Shown in pieces: positions 12,136 through 23,806 of a stretch of DNA of 64,000 nt. Position numbers and translations under genes: made by a program. The notes under the pieces are model-generated. The model made no database searches, was not told the origin of the DNA, and was given only the letters and a program-made list of their open reading frames with translations. Location of the stretch: the NCBI RefSeq assembly GCF_011745625.1, contig NW_027191464.1, positions 62,001 to 126,000 of the forward strand, read 5' to 3'. Positions within the stretch are counted from its first letter, which is position 1. Every line of letters starts with the position of its first letter. The DNA comes from Cladosporium halotolerans (Eukaryota).

Positions 12136-12972
12136 CTACAGCTTCTTAACCAATCTCCCAACTACGTGAGGCAACGATTCGAAATATCCCTCCCGGCTGT
12201 CGTAATCGATCTCAACAGACTCCCATTCTCCAGCGTTCTTGATGACATCCCCGGTATTCCTCAGCAAATGGCAATTGTCGAGCAACACGCCCCAAGGCAC
12301 GTTATTGACAGCTTCACCCTGACAGTCAGCAACAATCCAACCGCCCCAAACCAGCCGACAACACTCACCCTGCCACGCCCTCACCGCCCCATGCCTCGAA
12401 GCAACATGTTCATAAACCAACCACTGGCCCCCGGGCTTCAAACTCTCATACAAAGCCCTCACCACCCCCTCCGCCCCCGCCCCAACACTACACAGCACAT
12501 GCACCGTGACAACCGTGTCCACGCTCCCCCTCTGCACCCCCACGCTCTCCAGCTCCTGCGCAAACGCCTGCACAGGCTCATACACGCCGGCCAGCCCCGC
12601 GCGCCGCGCCGCCTCACGCAACTGCGCGTGGAAGCGCGCGTTCGGCTCCACGCCGATGATTTTGGTGATCTTGTCGCGCGCGCGCGCGAGCTCGGGCATC
12701 CAGACGCCGCTCGCGGGGCCGATGTCGAGGACGACGCCGTGCGAGCGCGCGAGCAGGGGCGCGACGCGGGGCGCGAAGAGCGGTTTGCTCGCGCGGCCGA
12801 ACCAGAACCAGAAGTGCTGGAACCAGGCGTGTTTGAGGGCGGGCCAGGAGGGGGTGGAGGGCTTGGGCTGCGTGAGGAAGGTGTAGGGGAGCGTGAAGAG
12901 GGTGAAAGGGAGGGTGAGGAGTGAGGTGAGGAGGACGAGGGGTGGGAGCAGGAGGTCGAGGGGACCGAGCAT
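12136..12972 (-). CDS. SAM-dependent methyltransferase, METTL7/Methyltransf_11-like, hydrophobic N-terminus
   Basis: GVVLDIGPASG motif I, IIGVEPN, DTVVTVHVLCSV, LKPGGQWLVYEHV; probable short intron starting GTGAGT at 12368. Confidence 0.85.
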   Translation of the reverse strand: MLGPLDLLLPPLVLLTSLLTLPFTLFTLPYTFLTQPKPSTPSWPALKHAWFQHFWFWFGRASKPLFAPRVAPLLARSHGVVLDIGPASGVWMPELARARDKITKIIGVEPNARFHAQLREAARRAGLAGVYEPVQAFAQELESVGVQRGSVDTVVTVHVLCSVGAGAEGVVRALYESLKPGGQWLVYEHVASRHGAVRAWQGECCRLVWGGWIVADCQGEAVNNVPWGVLLDNCHLLRNTGDVIKNAGEWESVEIDYDSREGYFESLPHVVGRLVKKL

Positions 12973-14935
12973 GGTGGGTTTGAATTATATGGTGGAGGGA
13001 ACTTTTGGGGATTTCGAGATATGAGCGGGCATGAAGTTGAAGGAGAAGGTGGCTCGGGTTTGGAAGGGCTGGTATGCGGGCTGATGATAATGAGGTCGTC
13101 GTGGTAGCTGTGGTTCCATGGTCAGGCCACTGCTCTGTTGCCCTGCGCTTGTTGGTCCAGAGCAAGCCATGGGAAGCTTGATGGGTCTTAAATCGAGATC
13201 TCTCGTTGCTGAAGTGTGGCTTTGCTCATTGAGATACTACTCCCTCGTCTCATCATTGAGCGTGTCAGGACACTAACCATAATGACAAGCAGTCTGAGCG
13301 CACGAGCACGTGACCACGACTGTCATTCAACAGCAAAATCACCTGACCGCTCCCCTCTTCACAAGCACGAGCGACAACGCCTCACCAAACGTCCAAACAA
13401 TCGTACCATCCTCAGACCTGACGATTAGGAGGCGTGATTAAAGCTCGCACGCCGCTGGGGCCAGCAGCCGGAGCGTTGATCTGATCTGCGCGGAAAGCGC
13501 GTCTTGGCTTCTCCGTCCGCGCGGAAAGTGAGATCCCGCTTTTGTTGATTGACGACACGGCGCTTATCATTGATGTGTCTCGATTCCCCAACGTCTGCGA
13601 CCGTAGGGGAGCCGGATCACGTGCGCGGTTGCTGTTGTTGGATGGGAGGTCCTGGTGTTGGGGAGAGGATGGAGATGTACATGTAGTGACGTGGCGGTAT
13701 GGGATGCGATCAATGGTGATGGTGCTTCGATGGAGCTGCACGCGGCCGACGGAACTATTGTACGGTCTTAATAGGAGCATTTGTATTATTGTTCAGCCAT
13801 GGTTACGCGACAGGAGCCATGTTGTAAAGTGCAAGCCTTCATCGACGCGATCTCTTCAACATGACACTGGCGGTGTCTGACGTGATGCAGCTTGCTTCAC
13901 GAGGGCATGGAATCTTGCAGCTTGCGCGACGCTTATCGCATGAGTTAAGACATGGAGGCAGGGTGACGTACGGCATCTTGATACCAGCCTGAGGCTCAAC
14001 GATAAGGATAGAGTGCAGACGCGACGATGATGTTGTTGCAAGATAGGACGGCAACGGACGTTGACAAGTTGAGGCTGTCGCTGACGTTGCCATGCTCCAG
14101 ATATAGCCATACCGACTGCGGCTGGGTCTGCGAGGCTGCGTGTTCCGGAGGAGAACCGCAGCGCGCGATGAGTTGACCGCGCGCCGTGCATCGCGGCTCA
14201 CACGGGTTCCTGGCTGAAGGAAAGGCAGAGGCGTGGGGAAAGACATGGGATGAATGGCAGGGTGAGACAGGTGACTTTGCGACGCCCTCGCCGGCGGACG
14301 GGCTATTGCAGGCGATTGATATCAACGGAGCAGCGGATCTGCATGCCAGCGTATCAAGCAGCGCAGACCGACAGCTTGGTTCGCGTGCTGCGGGCGGGGA
14401 GCAAGGCAGGCGAGTTTGAGTGCGAGGGTGCAGTCAACGGACGCTCGCACCTCAGGCGGGCTGCAGATGCGGTGCGGCGTGCCAGCTGGAACCGCCGGGC
14501 GGCTTCTCGACTCCGGCGCGGAGACCCAATGGCCGTGTGGCACTAGCGCCATGGGGGGCCAGGGAGCCAGGTTGGGTGTGGTGGGTGTGTTGGGTGGTGA
14601 CAACGCCCCCAGCGCGCGGTGCGACTCTCACACCAGGCGCACGTCGGTGCACCGCAGCCCTCCACGCCTGCTGATGCGATCGTGCGGTGAGCACCGCCGG
14701 AATGCGTAAGCCACTGCCCTACCTTAAGTACCACTCTCGCACCCCTCCCTCCACCGCCCGCGCTTCCTTCCGCCCTTTCCAGTCTCGTGCCACCCTTAAA
14801 GCTATCACCTGAAGAGCTCTGCATTGAGCTTGTTGTGAACTCAAATCGCGCTATCTATATCTCCTTCAACCACACCTGCTTCGTGCCATACCATTTCGAC
14901 CATCAACACACCTCAACACACCTCAAACCACCGCC

Positions 14936-15792
14936 ATGGCAGCTCCCAGATCCGTCCAGTTCATTGCCCTGCGCAACCTCTCCCGCGGCAGCCATGCCCA
15001 GGTTCGCAACCTCCACATGACCGGCCCTGCGACCTACGCTTCGCCTGTCCTCTCCAAGGAGCGTCCGGGCCTCAACCTTCCTCGTGACATTGCCGGTCTT
15101 CGCAACGAGTGCAAGAAGAGGAAGATCGACTTCAGCGGCAACAAGCAGGAGGTACGTTGAACCACCCTACATCTAATCAAGATATATCACTAACTCTCAT
15201 CCAGCTCATCTCCCGCCTCTCCGCCGATGAAATCACTCGCTCCCGCGCCTTCAGCACCGCCGTCGAGCAATCCAAACGCCCCACCACCGAGCAGAAGAAC
15301 GCCGAATCATCCGCCCCGGTCCGCCACTTCAACACCTCCCGCGCCCTCAAGACCGTCAACGACTCCTCCACCATCGATTTCGCCTACCTCCCGGATTTCG
15401 ACCCGGACAACTCCGAGGCCAGCAGCTCCCTCATGATGCGCGTGCCCATCCTTCCAGACAACAGCTCCACGTCGTACATCGCGCCGGAAGCTGAAGTCGT
15501 ACGTTGCCACCCTCACTGCAACCCCAACCCCTCGTGCACATTTACTGACTCCCCACCCCAGACCGTCATGAAACCCGAAATCGCCGCCGCCTCCCCGGAC
15601 TCCGTCATCCTGCCCATGGCCGACTCTCACGACGGGCACGCCAACGGCATCGACTTCCCCGCCATGACCAACTTCATGACCGCCAGCGTCGCTGCTGTGG
15701 CGAAACCGGTCGAGAAGCAGGCTGGCATGTTCAAGGAAGTCTGGAACAGCATGCTGGACGACATTGTTGGCAAGAAGCCTTCGCCTGCTTGA
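14936..15792 (+). CDS. Mitochondrial SAP-domain protein (Aim34-like)
   Basis: Presequence-like N-terminus, SAP-like LRNECKKRKIDFSGNKQELISRL, RHFNTSRALKTVNDSSTIDFAYLP. Exons 14936-15151, 15205-15498, 15562-15792 with canonical splice sites. Confidence 0.75.
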
Positions 15793-16006
15793 GCGGATGG
15801 CATTAACGTGGGAAGGGAATGATGTTGCATGGTGTGGTGATGAAGCGAAAGCGAAACGAAGCATATAGACTGTAATTCAGCGAGCGACGGCCGCTTTTCT
15901 TTAGAGGACGAATGCATTTGCTCGGAGAGACGAGCCTTCAGTTTCCCGTACAAGATTCGATCCAGTCTCAATAATGTCAATCACGCTGATGTTTCTCGTT
16001 CCCTAC

Positions 16007-17740
16007 CTAGTAAGTATACCTAAAGTCCCTGTTCTCTCTATCAGTGACATCAGCAGAATCCAGCTCCGCCAAAACCGCCCCATCAACGACCGGCTTTCCA
16101 TACACACGGTCCCGCCGCCCGTTCTCATACACGCAATACGCGTAGTGCAGCGCCCCCGACGCCGCCATGATCGCGAACGCGCAGATCATCGCGCCGATTC
16201 CGAGCGGGTAGTGCGGCGCCTGGGAGCGCAGGAAGAACTGCGGGCCGATGATGTTCCCGATCGCTGGACGGTATCTCGTGTCAGTCTATCAACTCGTCCG
16301 TAGTGGATTGGGAGACGCACCGTAGACGACCGCAATCGACACGCCCATGAAGCTCTTTTTCGTCCCGCCCGCCATGTTCGACGAGCACAGGCTCAGCATG
16401 AAAATCCACGGCACGTTGTAGAAGCCCATGATGTAGACGCCCGCGAGCGACGCCGCGCGCTGGCTCTCGACGTCCAGAGCGTGCACCATGATCGCGCCCG
16501 CCATGCCGACCAGCGCCGAGAGCACCCAGAAGACGCAGCGCACGTTGGGCACCTTGAGCGAGATGGCGGACAGCAGGGCGGCGGCGAGCATGGCGACGGC
16601 GGCTTGGGGCGTCGCCATGAGGACGGTTTTGGTGCGGCTGAAGCCGTAGCCGGAGATGATGAGGGGGTTGAAGTTGGTTATGCCCGCGTTGGCGATGGCG
16701 TAGCCCAGCGCGTTGGCCCAGATCAGGTAGGCGTTGGGGTCGCGGAGGGTTTCGTGGATTTGGGCGATTTTGAAGGTCTGGGAGGGGGGGAAGGTGTTAG
16801 TTAGTTGACTGGGGAGTGGGGGGCTTGGTTGGGATGGACTTTTTGGGTTTCGACGCCGGTTTGGTTGGATGCTAGGCGGATCACGGCGAGGTGCTTCTCG
16901 CGTTTGCTGAAGAACCAGGCTTTGGATGGCGAGTCGGGCAGGCCGAAGAAGACCAGGATGCCGGTGAGGATTGTGACCGCTCCGTAGATGAGGAAGATGT
17001 ACTAAGCGATCGTCAATCAGAAATCACTTAAGATGGCCTTTGGCAAGGAGGAATCACCTTCCATGTCGATAGTGAACCACCAATCTTCCCAATCGCGTAG
17101 GACAAGATTCCACCAAACACACCAGCAAACGTGTTATACCAAAAAGCCGTCCTCAGCGGCTGTTCCTCTCGTCGATACCACGCCGAGTTGACCAAGATCA
17201 TGCAGGGCAAAACGGCGGCCTCAAAGACACCCAAGAAGAATCTCACAGTAGCCAGGCCAGCAAAGTTGTGGCAGACGGCCATGAGGCACAGCGCCACGCC
17301 CCATAGAGACAGGCAGACGCCGATGTACTTCCCGACCGGCACTTTGGTCATCAGCCAGATGTTCGGGAACTCCATGGCCAGGTAGCCGAAGTAGAAGATG
17401 CTGCCCAGCCAGCTGTAGTCTTGCCCTTTCAGGTTGGTGTCTTCTTGGATACCGAAGACTGCGGCGTAGCCTAGGGCGTTCTATTGGGACGGTTAGCAAT
17501 GATTGTGATGAGTCTTCTGCTCTTTTTGAGTTGACGTACCTTGTCCAGAAATGCCAGTGTCATTGCCAGAACGATCAGAGGCATGACGACGAGGTCAGTC
17601 TTGAGAAGAATCCGCTTGGCTTCCGCCTTCGTGATTTCATGCGTTACCCCAAGCACATCAGACTCCTCAACGGCGCTTGACGTGACCTGTTCGACATCCT
17701 TTGCAATTGTTGCATCGTCAAGACTCTTTTCTGAAGGCAT
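16007..17740 (-). CDS. MFS transporter, Dal5/allantoate (anion:cation symporter) family
   Basis: KTDLVVMP...LAFLDK, YSWLGSIFYFGYL, VRFFLGVFEA, WYRREEQPLR, NMAGGTKK, GNIIGPQFF, C-terminal DVTDRENRDFRY; about 5 exons. Confidence 0.92.
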
Positions 17741-17950
17741 GTTGAGCGGTGGAAAAGGGCAGCGGTCGAAGGGGTTGCAGGCTCAAGTTCTCGAGGCCCA
17801 GTATTCGATATGGAGGGCTGAACATTCCGAGGTATGTCATGTTCCCGGCCTCCTGTATATATGTAGAGCCATTGGTCTGCGACTGTTGCGTCTTGGGTCC
17901 TATCGCGCGTAGCACGCAATTGATAGGTGTTCGGTCTCCGGCGAGCAATC

Positions 17951-17965
17951 TTCGGTGGAGACCGA
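17951..17965. promoter_or_regulatory. Zn2Cys6 site TTCGG-N6-CCGA (Ppr1/UaY-type) upstream of the permease
   Basis: TTCGGTGGAGACCGA about 210 bp upstream of the permease ATG; 13 of 15 bases match the site at 19582-19596. Confidence 0.6.
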
Positions 17966-18243
17966 CGCTAGCGACCTCCCGCAACCTTGCCTCGTGGCTC
18001 TTCGGGATACTTGGTCGATAGGGAGCTCGTTGCTCGAGATGAGTAAAGATTGCGAGAGAATGCTGGAATGAAGCGAGTGGTCTAACGATGGGCAACTCGA
18101 TAGCTTATCATGTACAGGGTGTTAGCCTTTCAATCGCTCACTTTGTCCCAAATCACACGAATTTCGACGGCTGGAGTTCGCGCTTGTACATAGTAATTCT
18201 TTTTTTACATCAAAGAAAGTTGGTTCATGAATGATCAATTATA

Positions 18244-19403
18244 TCAAGAGTGCAACTGAAGATGAGCCAAGTTACGAGGCGCCTCCACCTCAGCCAGAAT
18301 CTCCTCGCGCGATCTCTCCACGTCCTTCCGAACAAAGTCAGTATAGATCTCTCGGATCTTCGCAGTGATGGCGCCACATTGTCCATCGCCAATCGCACGT
18401 CCGTCAACTTCCACCACATGAATCTGGGATGGAAATGTGCCGGTACAGAACGCCTCATCGGCACCGTAGACTTCCGTCAGGCTAAAGTCAAGCTCACGGA
18501 CGGGGATGCCGTACGACCGGCACGCGTCGATGGTCTTTTGCCGCGTGATGCCTTGCATCTGGTTGTCCTTCGTAGGAGCCCAGACCTCATCTCCACGCAC
18601 GATGAAGAAGTTGACCGAGTTGCATGTCTTGACGAAACCTCTCTGGTCCAGCATCAGCGCCTCGTCGACCTGCATGACGTTTGCGCTGATGCAAGCCTGC
18701 ACGTCCGTGGCCTTGGAGATGTGGTTCCACTGCTCGTCTTTGACGTCTGGCGAACCGCGACGGACCCAGGTCGTCGCGAGACGGAGGCCTCGTGTCTTGA
18801 CCGAGGGGTTGACGGCTTTGATCTCCGGGATGATCACGATCAGTGGCAGGCCCACGTTGACGTTGGGGTTCTGGTAGGGCGTTGATTTGAGCCCTCGGCT
18901 GACGACCAGGCGGATGTGGACGTGTGGCTCGTCGTTCATGTCGTTGACGTCGAGTGTCTGGTGGATGAGGCCCAGAAGTCCGCCTTTCGTGATGCCAAGA
19001 TCCATGAACATTGCCTTCGCTGCTTGGAATAGACGGTTGATGTGCTCTCGGGCGAACTGCACGCGCCCTTTGTTTGCTCTGATACCTTCCTTGAGGTTGG
19101 TCAGTAAACTGAGTTGGAATTGATGCGAGTGCTAATTGATACTGCTTACCCAGAGGCCGTCTCCAATAAGGAAGTTGGAGTCGAAGACAGAGACGACGGC
19201 TTGTGCTCGAGGCACCAAGTTGAAACAGCCCGTCACACCGTCGCGCATGCCAATCTAGATCCATCACATCAGTAAGTGATACTCAATGTCTGTTCACGAG
19301 GACTTACGACGATAGAGTCATTCTTGACGTTCGGAATGACATCGTGTGTCGAGCTCTTGCTAGGCTCATGGCTCTGTTTTTCGGGGACAGATGACTTTGT
19401 CAT
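18244..19403 (-). CDS. Fold-type IV PLP enzyme (BCAT/D-amino-acid aminotransferase-like), atypical active-site residues, about 348 aa
   Basis: Exons 19403-19308, 19254-19150, 19089-18244 (all phase 0). Motifs AVVSVFDSNFLIGDGLWEGIR, EHINRLF, IRLVVSRG, DEALMLD, MQGITR, ADEAFCTGT, VDGRAIGDG. Confidence 0.88.
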
Positions 19404-19581
19404 GTTGGATCAGGCCGGAGTAAGTCGCACAGCAGTGGCGTTACAGAAGACCGAAGCGCGATAAGAAACATCTTGATGCGGAATGCCTATATACATATTT
19501 CCACCATTCGCGATGGAGCAGAAACGAGTCGCCCCGAATGGCCGCCAGGGATGGGGCCCCAACTTCCAGTGTGGAGCCAAA

Positions 19582-19596
19582 TTCGGTCGCGACCGA
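19582..19596. promoter_or_regulatory. Palindromic Zn2Cys6 site TTCGG-N6-CCGA in the divergent enzyme/TF promoter
   Basis: TCGGTCGCGACCGA (19583-19596) is a perfect 14-bp palindrome lying between ATG 19403(-) and ATG 19741(+). Confidence 0.6.
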
Positions 19597-19740
19597 GGAA
19601 AGCTCGGTGGCCAGCGAGCACACCATCTTATCATTCCAACAATCATCAACCTACTGTGCCACCGGCAAGCCGGACTTCGCGGCATATCAGACGCTTGACT
19701 AGCTGCCAAATCGTATGCACCATCTGCTATCTTCATCGCC

Positions 19741-21994
19741 ATGGAATCGGCAATCGCCTCGGTACCATCCGTGGTGAAAGCGTGCGGTAGATGTCAGGCG
19801 CGGAAAGTCAAGGTAGGTTCGCAACAAGGCGTGAACACAACATGAGCTAGGCATCGAGACGAGTTTACCAGCGGCTGATAATACTGTGTCGTCGCTAGTG
19901 CGACCTGACATTACCTCGATGTACTCCATGCGTCAAGCACAATGAGGCCTGCAACATCTCAGATCGCGTGGCGTATTCTTACACCGTCGTCGCGAGGCTC
20001 GAGGCCGAGGTGAAAGACTTGCGTGCTCAACTAGATAATGCAACAATAAGCAACAATGTCACTCTGCAGAACCAGGATCATCTCGTAAGACCGCCGATTT
20101 TCTGCAAACATTCCATGCTGACCATAGTGCGCTTGCTGTACAAGGCCCAGGCAAGTGACATTCAAGCCGAAGAAATAGGGGTTCTGGCCATTGGAGGACG
20201 CGGCCAGCAGGCTGACGGGACTTATGGTATTGCTCGTCGATCGCTGTGTTCAGTTTCACGTTTGCTGACAGGAATTTACCGGCAGTGGGGAGTGCTGCGG
20301 GATCAAGCTTCACACGAATGTTCTTGAGACAGCTCGCGTTTGATGGTGAATGGCTGTCAGAACCCTCAAATGATTGCCTGGAACCTTGCCCAACCAAAAG
20401 TCTAGCCTCACTTCCGCCTTATGCCACAGCTCTTTATCTGTTACGGCAGTACATAGCCAAGACGCATGTGTGGTGGCCCTTACTCCATCTACCTACGCTA
20501 CGGCAGGATTTGAAGGATGTTTATCAGAATCCAAGAAAATGCACCGACGCCCAGAAGTTCACCGTTTTCGCAATTCTCGCACTTTCCAGTGCTGAATCAC
20601 AAGGCGAGTCAGTTTACGGGCAGCTCCTGGATCTCAACGAGCCGTCAGCCTACTTCCGGACGAGTCTGCGATATATGGATTCGCTTTATGACCATCCAAA
20701 GCATGTGTTTCGAGTGCAAGCGCTGCTTCTCCTTGAAATCTGGATGCTGGACTCTAAGGACAGCGGAGATTGCAACGACCTTTGGCATCTGTCGCGCTAC
20801 GCCATGTCAGCTGCCATCCAAGCCGGGCTACATCGCCACAACGCCAGCTGGAAGTTCTCCACCGAAGATTTGGAAATCAGAAATAGGACCTGGTGGTGCA
20901 CTTATAACCTCGAAAGGTAAGCACGACGATTCTGGCAGATCATCCGGGCCTTATTGACTGAAGCGATCGCCCACAGGCAAGTCGCAGTGTTGACTGGAAG
21001 GGTCTTGTCTGTCAGAGATCACGCAGTACATGCTGAACTACCAAGAAAACTCGCTCTTGATAATTTAGACTCTCAAGAGGCCAAAGCTGCAACGTCGTAC
21101 TTCAATCACGACGTCACTCCGTTCCGACTCATGACCAGACTGCGTCAGATCTCCGGACGAATCCTCGAGTCGGTCTATGTAGCACGCAGGGCAGACGGCA
21201 CCACTTATGACACATCATTCCAGCAAATCTGCACAATGTCAGATGAAATCCGGACTCTGCTCATGGCCTGGAAGATCGACTTCCGTGAAGCGCGCCTCGG
21301 ACAGTGTAAGGAATCTTCCGTCCTGAACATGGAGTACTGCAACCTACAGCTCCTGCTCAATCGACCAAATCCTACATTTCTGCTTCCAACGCAAGCCATG
21401 CTGGATGTCTGTTCCGAAAACGTGTCGGAAGCCATACGCGAATGGTCGAATGTCTCCTCACATTTTGGGATTGGTGCCATCTGCCGAGGCTATCGGCAAT
21501 ACCACAGTCTTCTTTTAGTCGGTCTTGCTGGGCTTTATCACGACTGGTATGTTGAGTACTAAGCCCTGACCCCCAATTTCGACTGCTAACCCTTCAGGCA
21601 CGCGCAAACGATCGGCGGGGACGCGGGCAATGGAGCTCCGTCAATGCTCTGTCGCCATCAATCAGACACTCAGACCTGCCTGGATCTGCTCCGGGAAGCC
21701 GCACGTCAAATGGAAATCCCTGGGATTGCAAGATACGCCACACTCTTCGCGGCTATTCGAGCAAGGGTCTATGCGACTAGACCAGATGCAAACGACCAAG
21801 TAACAGCGATGGATGTGGCGTCAACTTACGGCGAGTACTCGGGGATGGGCAATGGAAATCTCGGCGGGCTGCCGCAACATCAGGATCTAGAGGCGTATCG
21901 CGACCATCTGTCCAGCTTTTTCGACTACGACGTCCTTGCTAAAGACGAGGTCCTCTCCGCATGGTATGATGCCATCATGAGAGACCTCGATTGA
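19741..21994 (+). CDS. Zn2Cys6 transcription factor with fungal-specific TF domain (Ppr1/UaY-like)
   Basis: ACGRCQARKVK|CDLTLPRCTPCVKHNEAC split by an intron, coiled-coil VARLEAEV, AEEIGVLAIGG...GSAAGSSF, AGLHR...RNRTWWCTYNLERQVAVLTGR; multi-exon. Confidence 0.9.
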
Positions 21995-22972
21995 AAATGG
22001 ACGCGGAGCTGCGGTTCCCTTCGAGTCATGGTGCCCTCCTTTGCTCCATGAGGTAATTCTGACAGTAATCGTCTGTCTGCGCCATCACTTTGGGGTATCT
22101 TACTGTTCAGCATTCTAGGCCGAGTGCCCGCTGGATCTATTGCTGGTGCTGGTTCGCTGTGCTATTGCAGGCATGCGCATTGACTGAAGCCGCTTTTTAA
22201 GGCTTTACGGCAGTTGTAATCGAGGGAAAACCAGCAAATGTTCAACACTTACCACTACAAAGTAAGCAGAGCGTATCGTATATCCTCTCTGGTGCCTGCT
22301 ACACTTCTTGAATCGCGGCATGGTGTGTCCTCCAATCGCGGTGAAAAGCAGACGAGGAATGCCTATGATTACCTTTTCACATCGCGACTCGTTTGCAGCA
22401 CAAATTCTGGGTGAACCGACGACTGTCCTCACTCGGCGAACCTCTTTCGAAAGGAGGAGACATGTCAAGGCAGCAGCAAAGTCAAGTTCGGTAGATCACG
22501 ATGGCCAGGTTTTTTTCAGTTCCAATCCGCATTCGCTGAACGACTTTGTTCGTAGGTCAGCATGAAGGGTGTCCCTGCTGGCACGAAGCATGTGTTTCAC
22601 GATCCCATCTGCCCAGGCGTCTTTCTTAGCCATCAATTTACGACCTCGTCCGACAACTAAGGGCAGCACTCCTTCAGAGGAGGGCTGAGCCACCACCGCA
22701 GCAGGGCTGAGCTTCGCGTGCAAGCGAAGTGGCCGCGCGCCGATCCCTTCCGGAAAGGGTTCGATGCGCCGCTCTGTGGCTTTTGTGACGACCACCATGT
22801 CGTTCAGCTCAGATGATGTAGTGGAGCCGAACAAATTGTAGACATGATGATATTGTATAAGTATTGACTGAAGAATGTTCCCCGTTGATGACTTCCAGCG
22901 CAGCTCCAACACACTAACCTTTCGAGCATCGATTTACCCATCCATCCAGCAGCATTCGCGTTCGTCTTGACT

Positions 22973-23806
22973 ATGGACTTCAAATCTCCAGCCATCACTT
23001 CCACCCTGGCCTACGGGTCAGAGAAAGATACCAGCAACGGCGACACAAGCACACTTTTGGCCCAGATTCCGAGCTCAATCTCGATCTCCTACCAAAGCTC
23101 CTGGTCCAAGCTACTCTGCTCCAGCGTGAAAGGACTCAAACTCACGCCCGGCCCTACGAGCATCAACCAGACTCCGTTCAAGGTCTCTCTACCAGGCGGG
23201 TTCAGCGGTAGCATCGTCCTCGACCACGCGCAGCACTCGACGACGCCGCTGGCAAGGGCAATCCCCGGAGACCGCCGGAGCTACGAGTTGCTGTTGCCCG
23301 GCACCACCGCCGCTGAGAGCCTGCGGCGTCGGCCTCGAAAGTGCGTTTGGTGGTTCGCGGCTCCTACTGCTCGCAATGGAGAGCTAGAGGTCTTCGAATG
23401 GCGGCGCTCGCATGGGAACGAGGTGAAGCAGCTCGGCGGGTCACGCTGGGGTTGGAAGCTCGTTCGCGTAGGACGGGCCGCTCGAGACGAACTGCCCCAG
23501 GGCAAAGAGTCTCTTGATGCAAGCGAACTTTCAGACGACGGCAGTCTCGCGGAGTACGAGAAAGGCCGGGCAGAGGCATCTACGACCGACGGCAAAGAAG
23601 TAGTGGCTGTGTGGGCGAGGACCGGCCTCTGGACGAGTCTTCACGATGTGGGAGAGTTTCAGCTTTTGGGCAGTGGAGCGAGCGGTGAGCTGGGAGATCG
23701 CTGGGCTGTGATGGCGCTCATGAGCATTTTGTGCATTTGGCAGAAAGCCATGAGAGACCAGTCTGCGGCGGCCGCGTCTAGCTCGACAACAGTGGTTGTT
23801 TCGTAG
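22973..23806 (+). CDS. Conserved fungal hypothetical protein
   Basis: Intronless 277-codon ORF with FEWRRSHGNEV...GWKLVR and EVVAVWA...GEFQLLGSGASGELGDRW, a pattern familiar from uncharacterised ascomycete proteins. Confidence 0.7.
   Translation: MDFKSPAITSTLAYGSEKDTSNGDTSTLLAQIPSSISISYQSSWSKLLCSSVKGLKLTPGPTSINQTPFKVSLPGGFSGSIVLDHAQHSTTPLARAIPGDRRSYELLLPGTTAAESLRRRPRKCVWWFAAPTARNGELEVFEWRRSHGNEVKQLGGSRWGWKLVRVGRAARDELPQGKESLDASELSDDGSLAEYEKGRAEASTTDGKEVVAVWARTGLWTSLHDVGEFQLLGSGASGELGDRWAVMALMSILCIWQKAMRDQSAAAASSSTTVVVS

Noticed and set aside
22205..22912. Minus-strand ORF fragments between the TF and the hypothetical gene
   Set aside because: No recognisable domain or consistent splice model.
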